Positions 22,173 through 33,964 of a DNA stretch of 64,000 nt are shown here, piece by piece. The stretch lies in contig CAWDNU010000001.1 in assembly GCA_963803705.1 (NCBI GenBank), positions 96,001-160,000 of the forward strand, given 5' to 3'. The notes below the pieces were generated by a model. The model had not been told where the DNA came from and searched no databases. It saw nothing but the letters and a program-made list of their open reading frames with translations. Source of the DNA: an uncultured Pseudobdellovibrionaceae bacterium (lineage in GTDB: Bacteria; Bdellovibrionota; Bdellovibrionia; Bdellovibrionales; UBA1609). Within the stretch, counting starts at the first letter, position 1. Each line of letters begins with the position of its first letter. A program made the position numbers and the translations under genes.

Positions 22173-23256
22173 CTAAAGTGCGTCAAGATTGACGTTTCCA
22201 TTAGCTTCTGAATCCATTCTTACATTGAGGTATTTAATGCCTTCCACAGATCGGAATTTTAGTCTTTGAAAACTGTTGTTTGGATTCACAATGATATTTT
22301 GATCCGTTGGCAAAGGCATCCACCTATCTTCAGCCCAAAGCTCCAAGGACTTTGACGATCTAAATTTAAAACTCTTAAGCTTTGGTAAAGTATTTTCTTG
22401 AGGCGGGCTCAAAGGACAAAAGAGGAAGATCGAAAGGGCTGAGACTCCGTAGAATAGAGTTGTTCTAAGTTTCGTCGCTTTATTAAATCCCAGTTCTTGA
22501 GCGGCTGCCAACTCTAGGGTATGTAAGGTATTAGTTTTTTCGGGGATTCGAGTAGAGATGGACTCTCTTACAATATCCGACAAGATCTTCTTCTCGCAAG
22601 AATCATTAAATAGAATATATGGACTGAGAGATCTATCCCCAGGCTCAATCGAAACAAGTTTCTTAAATTTAAGATTCAAAGAATTTGAAATAACTCCAAG
22701 TGAATATAAATCTGATTGGAAATTTGGCCTTGATCCTGATAAAACTTCAGGCGCCGTAAATTTAGGTGTTGCGTAAACCTTCCCAACTTCTGCAAAAGAC
22801 ACATCGATCAACTTTATCTCACCTTTCACTGAAAGCATAATATTGCTGGGTTTCAGATCTCCGTGGCATATGCCTTTGTTCTTTAACTCTTGAAGTCCCT
22901 GATACACCTTATTCACGATATATTTCTTTGTGCTTGGTCTAAGCTCTGACTGTCCACTCAAGAGGGACTCTAAATCTTTTCCATGTATATATTCAGTAAC
23001 TAGATGAAAGCGATCACCACTGACACCCCAATCTTTTATAGTCCACCACATTAGGATGCCTAATTTTTGAAAGATTTTCCAATTCATCATGGAATTTTTT
23101 TCTAAAATCAGAGGATTTAAAAATTTTGACTGCAACAATCTCTGTGAACTCAGTCATTGGCTCAAACCTTAAACTCTTGTAAATATCACTACTTACGCCT
23201 GAGCCTATCTTTGTAATGAGTTTTAGATCTTTATTTAATGATATTTTTGAAGTCAT
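22173..23256 (-). CDS. Membrane-anchored Hanks-type Ser/Thr protein kinase (one frameshift near 23020-23040)
   Basis: IGSGVSSDIYK, VAVK, HPNVV in one frame; HGDLKPSN, TAPE, DLYSLG and a C-terminal TM in another. Confidence 0.85.
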
Positions 23257-23260
23257 TTAG

Positions 23261-23653
23261 TCATTTCATGTTCAAGAACCTTACCAACTCCGTCCTTTCA
23301 TTATAAATATTTAAACTTTTGGGCTCTGAGCTAAGGAGTAAATTAGAGAAAATGTAGTTACATTTAGGAAAATGTTTCAGAAAAGGCTCAAGATCGCTTT
23401 CTTTCCCTGGCCTAACGGATTGTACCCATTCAATACACTTGTCATCAATTCTATTAAATAGCGTCGTCTGTTTATTCCTTTTTGCCCATATACCTAATAG
23501 AAAACATGAACCTGAGAGATTTTGCAGGTCTTCACCTTCACACTTGTTAAGTATTTCCAATGGTTCAAAATGTTGGAACCCGTTGGTCGCTTCGACTAAA
23601 TTTCCAAAAAGCAAAAAAATTAGAAATGATAATATCTTTAGTGTGCGATTCAT
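23261..23653 (-). CDS. Hypothetical exported Cys-containing protein
   Basis: Signal-like N-terminus, 4 Cys; tightly spaced within the operon. Confidence 0.6.
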   Translation of the reverse strand: MNRTLKILSFLIFLLFGNLVEATNGFQHFEPLEILNKCEGEDLQNLSGSCFLLGIWAKRNKQTTLFNRIDDKCIEWVQSVRPGKESDLEPFLKHFPKCNYIFSNLLLSSEPKSLNIYNERTELVRFLNMK

Positions 23654-23656
23654 ACT

Positions 23657-24088
23657 TTACATTGGTCCTGTGGCTTCAAAAAAATTAGAAAGAAAGGGGC
23701 CTAAGAAAAGTAAGAAAAGTGCAGGAAAATAGAAAAGCATCAAAGGGATCAGCATTTTGAACGGAAGCTTGCGATGGTAGTTTTGAATAAGAAGTTCATT
23801 CGAAGCTTTGACCTCTAAATAGAAGTTTTCCAGGACTTCCATTACTGGTCTTCCTTTAATTCCCAATCCCAAAATGATGAACAATGCTTTATTCTCCGGC
23901 TTATTTAAACTTTTAACAATAGTTTCAGCAGGTCGACCACTCTCCAAAAGCTCTAGAAAATTTTTTCCGAAGCGAGAAAGTTTGCTATTTTGATCTTCTA
24001 CAGCGATTTGAAGAGAGTTTTTGACGCTCATGCCCTCATTTAAAGAATTATTTATACTATCTATAAATTTAAGTGTTTCAAACAACAT
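23657..24088 (-). CDS. Divergent TadC/T2SS-F-like membrane protein
   Basis: G..V...L...Y.E and KLPFKMLIPLMLFYFPALFLLFLGP C-terminus typical of TadC. Confidence 0.65.
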   Translation of the reverse strand: MLFETLKFIDSINNSLNEGMSVKNSLQIAVEDQNSKLSRFGKNFLELLESGRPAETIVKSLNKPENKALFIILGLGIKGRPVMEVLENFYLEVKASNELLIQNYHRKLPFKMLIPLMLFYFPALFLLFLGPFLSNFFEATGPM

Positions 24089-24099
24089 GATTTTCTATA

Positions 24100-24830
24100 A
24101 ATGCAATTTTGATCTTCCATCCTTAGGCAATTACATTACTGATAATATCAAAATGATCCGATTTTCAGATCATTTCTTTATTCTTTTGAAGTTGATTTGA
24201 GACAAAAAACCCTGTCAAAAAAAGCAATAAGCTAAGGGCTTCAAGTCGGGGGCTTCTTTCCCTAAACATTAAATGCCAGATGAACGTTGCGACAAAGAAA
24301 AACCCTATAAAGCACGACTGTATTACATAAGATGATTTAAGTGACTTCTCTTTTCTTTGGGTTTCCATGATTTCAACGGTTTGAATTCGAAGTTTTTTCA
24401 GCTTTAAAGTTTGATTGGATGAGCTATGTGCAACTTTGTAGAGATTATCAAATAAGTCGTTTTGAAAATTGAAGAAGAAATTTGCTTTATGATCTTTTAG
24501 ATAAAAAATTTTGTAGTGAATCCTATGATAAAAAGGTCTCAAAGGTGGATCTAAATGATGAATTGAAGTTTCAAACGAGTAGGACAACGATTTCCCCGTA
24601 CTCATAGTCAGGTTTAGAAAATTCAAAAATTGAGGAATGGATTGTTCTAACAAAGTTTTCTTTCTCAACGAAACCAAAGTTAGTAAAGTAGTAGCAAATC
24701 ATTACCACAGTAAAAAGTAAGAGAAGAAAAATTTTATTGTTTGCTATTGAAAAGCCAATTAGATTTAAAATTACCGTCAAAATTATGACCGAATAGTAAT
24801 TTTTGAAATTGTAATTAACCTTTTTTTTCA
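24100..24830 (-). CDS. Divergent TadB/T2SS-F-like membrane protein (frameshifted; ends approximate)
   Basis: N-terminal TMs in one frame, then QSIPQFLNFLNLTMSTGKSLSYSF (T2SS-F domain start) and C-terminal TMs. Confidence 0.6.
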
Positions 24831-25016
24831 TTCCTAAATCCGTAGTTCGCATGTCGTCCGGAAAAAAAAAATCCAAAGCGAAGTCGCTCGATTTTGAAAG
24901 TTCCAGAAATAGTTACTGCAAAAATTAAACTAAAGTTTATTTTTTCTATTGACGATCAATGGTTGTGTAAACACAATTATATTGTAGTCAGACGTAATTA
25001 ATTTTAGGAGGTCATA

Positions 25017-25222
25017 ATGGCAACAAAGAAAAAAGCAGCTAAGAAAGCAACAAAGAAAAAAGCAACTAAGAAAAAAGTAGCTAAGAAAGCGACTAAGAAA
25101 GCAACAAAGAAAAAAGCTACTAAGAAAAAAGCAGCTGAAAAAAACAACTAAGAAAAAAACAACAAAGAAAAAAGCAGCTAAGAAAACAACAAAAGAAAAA
25201 AGCAACACGTAAAAAGAAGTAA
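25017..25222 (+). CDS. Histone H1-like Lys/Ala/Thr-rich small basic protein (apparent indels in A-runs)
   Basis: AGGAGG RBS, then MATKKKAAKKATKKKATKKKVAKKATKKATKKKATKKKAA..., continuing in shifted frames to ...ATRKKK*; followed by a terminator. Confidence 0.8.
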
Positions 25223-25245
25223 TCATTTAGCCATAGTTTGGCTCG

Positions 25246-25275
25246 AGCCCCTGGGAAACCAGGGGCTTTTTTTTT
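25246..25275 (+). terminator. Rho-independent terminator
   Basis: AGCCCCTGG-GAAA-CCAGGGGCT followed by a T-run. Confidence 0.9.
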
Positions 25276-25453
25276 GCTATTAATATAGGCTTTAGTCCAA
25301 TATTTTTCACATTTCCCCACTTTTCAAAATTAGATTTTAGAAAGACTGGTATTCGGTTTTCGGCTTGTTTCAATATAAATTTATTAAATCAATGTACCCT
25401 TGAAAGTAGAACTTAATAATCGTGCTAAAGCATTCTGGAAGAAAATAATCTAA

Positions 25454-26412
<959 letters not shown>

Positions 26413-26454
26413 ATCTAAATTGTCCAAAACAAATTTATTATAATGGAGAGATGA

Positions 26455-27626
26455 ATGAATATTCATGAATATCAAGCTAAAGCCGTTTTAAAGACTTTTG
26501 GTACTACGGTGCTTAAAGGTATCGTTGCAAGTGACCCTAGAGGAAGCGAGGAAGGCTGCGAGAGCCTTGGTGGAAGCATATGGGTTGTAAAAGCTCAAAT
26601 TCATGCCGGAGGCCGTGGTAAAGCGGGTGGAGTTAAGGTTGCTAAGACTTTAGAAGAAGTCGAAAAGTACGCTAAAGAGATTATCGGTAAAACTTTAGTA
26701 ACTCACCAAACTGGTCCTGAAGGTAAAGAAGTTCTTAAAGTTTATATTGAACAAGGTTGCAACATTGATAAAGAATATTACGTTGCTATTTTAGTCGACC
26801 GCGCGACTAGCAAAGTTGTCATGATGGCCAGTTCGGAAGGTGGAATGGATATCGAAGAGGTCGCTGATAAAACTCCGGAGAAAATTTTTACAGAAGTTAT
26901 CGAACCTGTAACTGGTCTATGTTTCTTTCCAAGCTAGAAAACTTGCTTTCAAAATTGGAATGACAGGCAAGTCGTCAATAAAGCAGTTAAAGAATTATCG
27001 TCACTTATACCAAACTTTCATGAGAAAGATGCTTCAATGGCAGAAATCAATCCGTTGGTGGAAACTAAAGAAGGTGAAGTCATTGCTTTAGATGCAAAAA
27101 TGAATTTTGATCAAACGCTCTATTTACCGTCATCCAGACATCATGGAACTTCGTGATTTAACTGAAGAAGAGCCTTCAGAGATCGAAGCTAGTAAATACG
27201 ATTTAGCTTTTATAAAGTTAGAAGGCAATATTGGTTGTCTTAGTGAACGGTGCAGGTTTGGCCATGTCTACTATGGACATCATTAAAATCAATGGTGGCG
27301 AACCCGCCAACTTCCTAGATGTCGGCGGTGGCGCTACTAAAGAAAAAGTAACTGATGCTTTTAAAATTATTTTCAACGATAAAAATGTCAAGGGTATTTT
27401 GGTGAACATTTTTGGTGGGATCATGAAATGCGACATCATCGCCGAAGGTGTGATCGCTGCCACTAAAGAACTTGGTCTAGAAGTTCCGTTAGTGGTTAGA
27501 CTTGCCGGAACCAATGTTGAGAAAGGTAAAGAGATCTTAAGCAAAAGTGGTTTAAATATAATCGCTGCTGACGACTTAAATGATGCTGCTTCTAAAATTG
27601 TAAAAGCAGTAAAGGAGCTTAAATAA
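26455..27626 (+). CDS. sucC: Succinyl-CoA synthetase beta subunit (frameshifted)
   Basis: [45 protein letters not shown]. Confidence 0.94.
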
Positions 27627-28498
27627 TGTCTATCCTAATTAATAAAAATACAAAAGTAATCTGCCAGGGCTTCACTGGTGCTCAAGGAACTTTCCATTCT
27701 GAGCAAGCTAAAGAGTACGGAACTCAAATGGTGGGTGGTGTGACACCTGGAAAAGGTGGAACAACGCATATTGGTCTACCCGTCTTTAATACCGTTGAAG
27801 AAGCTGTTAGAAAAACAGGTGCTAATGCATCAGTCATTTATGTACCACCTCCCTTCGCAGCCGATGCGATCATGGAAGCAGCTGATGCCGGTATTGAGCT
27901 GATAATTTGTATTACTGAGGGAATACCTGTTCTTGATATGGTTAAGGCTAAACAATACATCACTCAAAAAGGCGTTCGCTTAGTTGGACCTAACTGTCCA
28001 GGTGTTATTACTCCTGATGAATGTAAAATTGGTATTATGCCTGGTTACATCCACAAAAAGGGTAAAATTGGAGTTGTTTCTCGATCAGGTACACTGACCT
28101 ACGAAGCCGTTGCTCAATTATCTGCTGTGGGAATGGGACAAAGCACTTGTGTTGGTATCGGTGGAGATCCAGTAAATGGAACCAATTTCATCGATGTCCT
28201 TAAACTCTTCAATGAAGACCCAGAAACTGAAGGTGTTATCATGATCGGTGAAATTGGTGGTACAGCTGAAGAAGAAGCGGCCGCTTACATTAAAGCTGAA
28301 TTTAAAAAACCAATAGCCGCATTTATTGCAGGATCAACAGCTCCCCCAGGAAAAAGAATGGGTCATGCCGGAGCGATCATTAGTGGTGGTCAAGGGACAG
28401 CTGAAGCGAAATTTGAAGCTTTAGAATCCGCAGGTTGTGTGATTGCTAGATCTCCTGGAGATCTAGGTAAAGCTATGAAAGAGGCAATAAATAAATAA
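27626..28498 (+). CDS. sucD: Succinyl-CoA synthetase alpha subunit
   Basis: [27 protein letters not shown]. Confidence 0.97.
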   Translation: MSILINKNTKVICQGFTGAQGTFHSEQAKEYGTQMVGGVTPGKGGTTHIGLPVFNTVEEAVRKTGANASVIYVPPPFAADAIMEAADAGIELIICITEGIPVLDMVKAKQYITQKGVRLVGPNCPGVITPDECKIGIMPGYIHKKGKIGVVSRSGTLTYEAVAQLSAVGMGQSTCVGIGGDPVNGTNFIDVLKLFNEDPETEGVIMIGEIGGTAEEEAAAYIKAEFKKPIAAFIAGSTAPPGKRMGHAGAIISGGQGTAEAKFEALESAGCVIARSPGDLGKAMKEAINK

Positions 28499-28534
28499 AC
28501 TTACCTAATTTAAAAATTTAAAATGGAGAAAATT

Positions 28535-28951
28535 ATGGAAAAAACATTCAGTATTATCAAACCCAACGCAGTTAAAAAAAATGTCATAGGTGATATCATC
28601 AAAATATTCGAGAACAATGGCCTTCAAATAGCTGCAGCAAAAATGGCTAAAATCCCTAGAAAACAGTGTGAAGAGTTCTATGCCGAGCACAAAGATAGGC
28701 CTTTTTTCGGAGAATTAGTTGATTTCATGACTTCTGCACCTGTTATGTTGATGGTTTTGAAAGGCGAAAAAGCAGTAATGAGAAATAGAGAGTTAATGGG
28801 TGCTACCAATCCGGCGGACGCCGCAGAAGGCACACTACGAAAAAGATTCGGAGACAGTATGGGCGAAAACGCTGTACATGGTAGTGATTCCAAAGCCAGT
28901 GCAGAACGTGAGATTGGTATTTTCTTTAAAGAAGATGAAATTGTTTTCTAG
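28535..28951 (+). CDS. ndk: Nucleoside diphosphate kinase
   Basis: [20 protein letters not shown]. Confidence 0.97.
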   Translation: MEKTFSIIKPNAVKKNVIGDIIKIFENNGLQIAAAKMAKIPRKQCEEFYAEHKDRPFFGELVDFMTSAPVMLMVLKGEKAVMRNRELMGATNPADAAEGTLRKRFGDSMGENAVHGSDSKASAEREIGIFFKEDEIVF

Positions 28952-29080
28952 TAACTGCCAAAAATTGTAACTTTAGTAAAATTTACATAAACATGTAGAT
29001 TTTTCAGCGAACTTATTCTGTTGATGTTAATTTCTTGTTGTATTTTGAATTGTTAATTTTTTAAAATTTTCAGGAGATTT

Positions 29081-29608
29081 ATGAAAAAGTTATTATTTAT
29101 AACTGCTATCGCCTCGGCTGTTTTTGTGGCACGAACCGGATTTACACAAAATAGCTTTGATTTTGGTTTGCCTTCAGCTTCCAGTGAAAAACAAATAGCC
29201 TTGTCACTAGAATTTGATCAAAATACTGAAGTCACTTCTCTTCATAGTTTTTCCCGAATACATATAAGTGAAGCCATTGAAGAACAATTGTACAGTCTTG
29301 GTTATCCAAACAATTTGCACCATTACAGTATAATATCAATTAGCTTTAGAGCGAAAGGCTTTTCGAATCGCGGTCAAGTAAGATTGTGCTCTTACTCTGG
29401 CGCCTCTGACCCTTGCACCACAGTTTTCAGTCAGTACAACTTAGAAAGTAATTCCCTGGAATTTCAGGATGAAGATGTCTGGTTTACTTACCCTCTTTTC
29501 ACTGGAATACGTAGACAAGATATTGGCGCAAATATTGACATCGAATTCATAGGACATATAAAAATCGAGTCAATAAAAGTAGTTTTGGAATCTAACGATT
29601 TCAAATAA
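29081..29608 (+). CDS. Hypothetical secreted protein
   Basis: AGGAG RBS, MKK-type signal peptide, beta-rich sequence. Confidence 0.65.
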   Translation: MKKLLFITAIASAVFVARTGFTQNSFDFGLPSASSEKQIALSLEFDQNTEVTSLHSFSRIHISEAIEEQLYSLGYPNNLHHYSIISISFRAKGFSNRGQVRLCSYSGASDPCTTVFSQYNLESNSLEFQDEDVWFTYPLFTGIRRQDIGANIDIEFIGHIKIESIKVVLESNDFK

Positions 29609-29640
29609 ACGGAAACCTAATCAACTTGGATCAATAAATA

Positions 29641-30720
29641 TTGGATGAGCTAGAAATACTTATCGATGGTCTTTCCTTTTTCGAGGGTCACGGCGTAGGC
29701 CGTTCAAAATCTGGTAAGGTTTTTTTCGTTGAGGGGACGTGTCCCGGCGATATCGTTACCGTCGAAATTGTCAAAGATAGTAAAAAATTCGCATTTTCCA
29801 GAGTCACTGGGTTCATCAAAAAATCTGAACATAGGACCAAACCTATTTGTTCAGTCTTTGAAACCTGCGGTGGTTGTACATTACAGCACGTGAACTACAG
29901 TTTACAGATTGAAGAAAAACAGAAGGTGCTAATTCGCTATAAAAAGAGAAATAGTAATTTTGTGCTTGAACCATTTGTTTCTTCTGAAAAAAAGTTTAAT
30001 TACCGGCAAAGAATTGAAGTCCATTTTAAAAGCAATAAGTGGGGATTTTATAAAAAGAAATCGCACGATTTAGTGTTGCCTACAATGTGTCCTATTGCTT
30101 CTAAAGAAATAAATAGGCTATTAAGCGGTGCCACAAAACCTGACGGTCATTACCATGTGAGCAGCTCAGGTATTCAAAAAAGGTCCAGAGGGTCTTTTGG
30201 AGTTTTCAGTCAAATAAACATAGAGATAGACAATGAGATAAAAAAATTTCTTCTAAAGCACCTTTCAAATGAATCAAACATTGACCAAGTCTATGACCTT
30301 TATGCCGGTAGTGGAAACTATAGCCAGTACTTAGCACCTCATTTGAATCAGACGCATTTTATGGCTGTAGAACTAAGTGAAATTCTAGTAAACTTGGGTC
30401 AGAATTCGAAAACTGCGGTTTCCAACATAAAATGGGTTTGTTCTGATGTAATTGATTACCTTCAGAATAAAAAAGCTGATCAATTTTCGCAAGCAACTTT
30501 TTTAGTTAATCCGCCAAGAAACGGACTCTCTAAAGAAATTATTTTTGAAATTAGTAAATTGCCAGTTAAGCAAATCATCTATGTGAGCTGCAATCCTATG
30601 ACTCTATTCAGAGATATTGACGCTTTGAGCCCTAAATTTCAGCTTAAAACTCTAAAAGGCTTCGATATGTTCCCGCAAACTATGCACTTCGAGACCCTTG
30701 CTATTCTATCGGCCATCTAA
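29641..30720 (+). CDS. rlmD: 23S rRNA m5U methyltransferase RlmD/TrmA family
   Basis: TRAM domain, CSVFETCGGC Fe-S motif, DLYAGSG, NPPR, YVSCNP, DMFPQT. Confidence 0.88.
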   Translation: MDELEILIDGLSFFEGHGVGRSKSGKVFFVEGTCPGDIVTVEIVKDSKKFAFSRVTGFIKKSEHRTKPICSVFETCGGCTLQHVNYSLQIEEKQKVLIRYKKRNSNFVLEPFVSSEKKFNYRQRIEVHFKSNKWGFYKKKSHDLVLPTMCPIASKEINRLLSGATKPDGHYHVSSSGIQKRSRGSFGVFSQINIEIDNEIKKFLLKHLSNESNIDQVYDLYAGSGNYSQYLAPHLNQTHFMAVELSEILVNLGQNSKTAVSNIKWVCSDVIDYLQNKKADQFSQATFLVNPPRNGLSKEIIFEISKLPVKQIIYVSCNPMTLFRDIDALSPKFQLKTLKGFDMFPQTMHFETLAILSAI

Positions 30721-30756
30721 TTGTCAAACACTGTAACAATTGGCACTATTAAGAGT

Positions 30757-31491
30757 ATGGCTATATTAAAAATTTTGACCTTTCTATTATTATTGTCGTC
30801 GTGTCAAACAGCCACCGTTTCAGAAAAAGCCAGAATTAAATCGAAGTACCATGTAGATATTGCCTTAGGATATTTGAGGCACCAAAAAAATCCTGAAGCT
30901 ATATCTGAGTTAGAAAGTGCAATTAAACTAAATCCCTTAAACTCTAAGGCCTACCACTACTTAGGTATGTGTTTGTATCAGAGAAACCGTATAGGTCAGT
31001 CTATTGAAGCATTTCTAACAAGTCTTTCAATTGATCCTTCCGACACTGAAGTAAGAAATGACCTGATCACCATCTATTTAGAGCAGAAAAGCTATATGAA
31101 AGCTTACAAAAACGCGCGAGTTTCAGTGAAAGATCTTACCTACACGCAGCCTGATAAAAGTTTATTTCTTAGATCTCAAGCAGCAATTAACTTAGCGCAG
31201 GAAGACGCCAGATTTCTTAAGGTTGCTGAAAAAGATTTAAAGTCCATTGTTAAATTGAATCCAAATCATTGTGGGGCTCTCTACCATTTAGGGAGAATTT
31301 ACTCGAAGAAGACCAAATTTAAAAAATCTTACGTCTTATTTCATAAATCTTTAAAAAGCTGCCAACTTGAGGAAGATAAGTTAAAATCATTAAATGCGCT
31401 GATTCCATTGTCCAAAAAATTTGGATTGGTGTATCAATGGGGACGTTATAAACAGCTGAAATTAGAATTAGCTAAGAAATCTAAGAATTAA
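30757..31491 (+). CDS. pilW: TPR lipoprotein, type IV pilus PilF/PilW/Tgl-like
   Basis: LSSC lipobox, TPR repeats; located upstream of a rodZ-like gene. Confidence 0.7.
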   Translation: MAILKILTFLLLLSSCQTATVSEKARIKSKYHVDIALGYLRHQKNPEAISELESAIKLNPLNSKAYHYLGMCLYQRNRIGQSIEAFLTSLSIDPSDTEVRNDLITIYLEQKSYMKAYKNARVSVKDLTYTQPDKSLFLRSQAAINLAQEDARFLKVAEKDLKSIVKLNPNHCGALYHLGRIYSKKTKFKKSYVLFHKSLKSCQLEEDKLKSLNALIPLSKKFGLVYQWGRYKQLKLELAKKSKN

Positions 31492-31504
31492 AGGATTAAG
31501 ACTT

Positions 31505-32305
31505 ATGGAACCCAGTTTCGGACCTATTTTAAAAAAGCACCGAGAAGAGCAGAGTCTATCCTTTCGCCAAGTGTCTGCAGCTATAAAGATGACGCCTTCA
31601 GTGCTGAAAGATATAGAAGACGAAAATTTCGAAAACTTACCCCAAACTGTTTTCCTGAGAGGACTAGTCAAAGCATATGCAAAGCATTTGGATGTTGATG
31701 AAAAAGAGATTCTTAGCATTTTTGATAGCTCAACGAATTATGAAAAGAAGGGCGCTCGTAGGACTCCACTTGATGATATTTCAGGAAAACTTCGCACACC
31801 GACCTATGTTTGGTTATCCCGAGTCTTCATTCCAATATTTATTATCTCTGTTTTAGCAGCTACAGGCACAGTTATCGTTTTAATAACGAAAAAATACGAT
31901 AAAGAAATCAAGAGTGTCATAAGTCCCAAAGTTACTGAAATACATCGAGCAAATGATAAAGAATTGAATGAGCCTGCTTTATCTGAATCTGAATCTGAAT
32001 CTGAAATAGTAGAGCCTGTCGAAGATTCGACTGCATCGGAAATCAAAAATATAGCAGATAAAAAAATAAGTCAGGTGATCACCTTAGAACCCTTGGCTAA
32101 AACTTTGGTATTTGTGAAGGTTGATGACGCTGAAAATCAGAAAATAATTCTGCGACCAGATATAAACAAAACTTTTCAAGCATACAATAAAATCAAACTT
32201 GTTATACAGGACGGTGGAGCCGTAAATATAATACACAATAATAAAGACATTGGTGTCCCTGGTGTTTTCGGGCAAGAGATTGAATTGGATTTTCCCAAAA
32301 AGTAA
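31505..32305 (+). CDS. rodZ: RodZ-like HTH/TM protein
   Basis: N-terminal HTH (FLRGLVKAYAKHL), single TM, C-terminal DGGAV...G..G domain. Confidence 0.8.
   Translation: MEPSFGPILKKHREEQSLSFRQVSAAIKMTPSVLKDIEDENFENLPQTVFLRGLVKAYAKHLDVDEKEILSIFDSSTNYEKKGARRTPLDDISGKLRTPTYVWLSRVFIPIFIISVLAATGTVIVLITKKYDKEIKSVISPKVTEIHRANDKELNEPALSESESESEIVEPVEDSTASEIKNIADKKISQVITLEPLAKTLVFVKVDDAENQKIILRPDINKTFQAYNKIKLVIQDGGAVNIIHNNKDIGVPGVFGQEIELDFPKK
31982..32005 (+). repeat. In-frame (TCTGAA)4 microsatellite encoding SESESESE
   Basis: Read directly from the sequence. Confidence 0.85.
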
Positions 32306-32353
32306 ACTGAAAAATTTTACGCTCGTTAAATAAAAGTCTTAAACTAGGTTTAA

Positions 32354-33547
32354 ATGAAAACAGTTAGTTACTATATAGTGTTTATAGCTTCAGTATACTT
32401 AACTTACGGATTAGTTATCAGCCAAGTGAAGATAAAAGCTGATTTCAAAACTCAAAAAAATCTAACCCAAAGCACCTACGATTACAAAGGTGTTATAAAC
32501 GTCCACAGTCAGGAAGGATCGGGGCAAGGAACTATACCTGAAATTTTGAAAGCTGCGTACGAAGCGAAGCTAGACTTTATTATATTTACCGAAAGCACAT
32601 TTGATGCAGCATCCACAACTGATAACAGATACGAAGAAAATCTGCTTGTTTTGAACGGCCGTGAATATTCCTACCTAAAATCAAAAGTTGTTTTGGTGGA
32701 TCCTATGTTTGATTATTCTAAAATCAAAAATGCCGGGGATGCTCATCTTTTTTTGTCGGATTACTTAGAAAACAATAAAGATGGTTTTGTAATTCTTAAA
32801 CATCCAAGAAAAGCTGGTTACGAGTGGGAAGGAGAGTTCGCAAGTGGAATAGATGCCATTGAAATTATAAGTCTTAGAAATCATTGGCGAGAGTCATGGG
32901 ATTTGTCCAAATGGAATTTCATATCATCACTACTGATGTATCCTTTCAACTCTGAGTATGCGTTTTTAAATATATACCAAGCTCCTAAAAATAACTTAAA
33001 GCTTTGGAACGAAATAGCTCGAGATAGAGAAATAATAGGGCTCATAGGTAGCGATGCAAAGTCTAAGTTAAAATTGTTTGGAAAGCGATTTCTTCGCTTT
33101 CCAACTTATAAACAACTTTTTCTTTTAAGCTCTAATCATATTATTTTAGATTCAGAGCTTACGGGGCAACTTACTGGGGACTCCCTTAAAGTATTTAGTG
33201 CGCTCTCTAAAGGCCAGTTTTACTTTTCTTTGGATTTTCTAGGTGACCCAAAGGGGTTCAATTTCTTTGCTAAAGATTCGTCAAAGAAAAGATTACCAAT
33301 GGGAACCACCGTACAAACTAATAGACTAGAGCTTTGCTATCGGAAACCAGATTCAACTCCTGGAAGATCATGGGCAAAAGTTTATCTTAATGGAAAAGAA
33401 TTTCATAAATTTAAGAAAAATACCTGCATTGCAACTTCAGAGAAAGGCAATTACAACTTAGTCTATTACCGAAAAATTAGACGTCCATGGCCTTTTAAAT
33501 CTATAAGAGTTCCCTGGATATATTCCAACTTTATTTATCACAATTGA
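32354..33547 (+). CDS. Membrane-anchored PHP-like domain protein
   Basis: GVINVHS, LDFIIFTE, KHP and GSDA resemble degenerate PHP motifs. Confidence 0.65.
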   Translation: MKTVSYYIVFIASVYLTYGLVISQVKIKADFKTQKNLTQSTYDYKGVINVHSQEGSGQGTIPEILKAAYEAKLDFIIFTESTFDAASTTDNRYEENLLVLNGREYSYLKSKVVLVDPMFDYSKIKNAGDAHLFLSDYLENNKDGFVILKHPRKAGYEWEGEFASGIDAIEIISLRNHWRESWDLSKWNFISSLLMYPFNSEYAFLNIYQAPKNNLKLWNEIARDREIIGLIGSDAKSKLKLFGKRFLRFPTYKQLFLLSSNHIILDSELTGQLTGDSLKVFSALSKGQFYFSLDFLGDPKGFNFFAKDSSKKRLPMGTTVQTNRLELCYRKPDSTPGRSWAKVYLNGKEFHKFKKNTCIATSEKGNYNLVYYRKIRRPWPFKSIRVPWIYSNFIYHN

Positions 33548-33585
33548 TTCCATCAAAAATTTAAAATTTCGAAAGATATAAATAA

Positions 33586-33876
33586 CTACGGAATCATGAC
33601 TGTTAAATCTGATTTAGGTTTGCACTGACAACTTAAGCGCTCGGTCAATTTGAAACCACGATCAACATGCATTTCTTGCTCTAGTTTAGTTTGGCTGGTT
33701 AATTTGCCGTCTATCAGGTGTATCAAACACGTCCCACACGAAGCGTTGCCCCCACAAACATGATTGATCTGAACCTTTGATTTTACAATAGCATCAAGCA
33801 GTATTTGGTTTGAAGACACCACAAGGTCTTTGACGTGAATTTTATTTTTATCAAGAATTTTTAACTTGAATGTCAT
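33586..33876 (-). CDS. 2Fe-2S ferredoxin
   Basis: CGGNASCGTC ... RLSCQ. Confidence 0.9.
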   Translation of the reverse strand: MTFKLKILDKNKIHVKDLVVSSNQILLDAIVKSKVQINHVCGGNASCGTCLIHLIDGKLTSQTKLEQEMHVDRGFKLTERLSCQCKPKSDLTVMIP

Positions 33877-33964
33877 TAAGACAAATTAATCTATAGAACA
33901 CGAAATGCAAGGCGTTAGTGTCTTTGAGGTTGTCGACAATAAGGTGAAATGGCAAAATTTAAAA

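Noticed and set aside
24930..25320. Phe/Cys-rich minus-strand ORFs in the ORF track
   Set aside because: Antisense shadows of the Lys-rich H1-like gene, which has the RBS and terminator.
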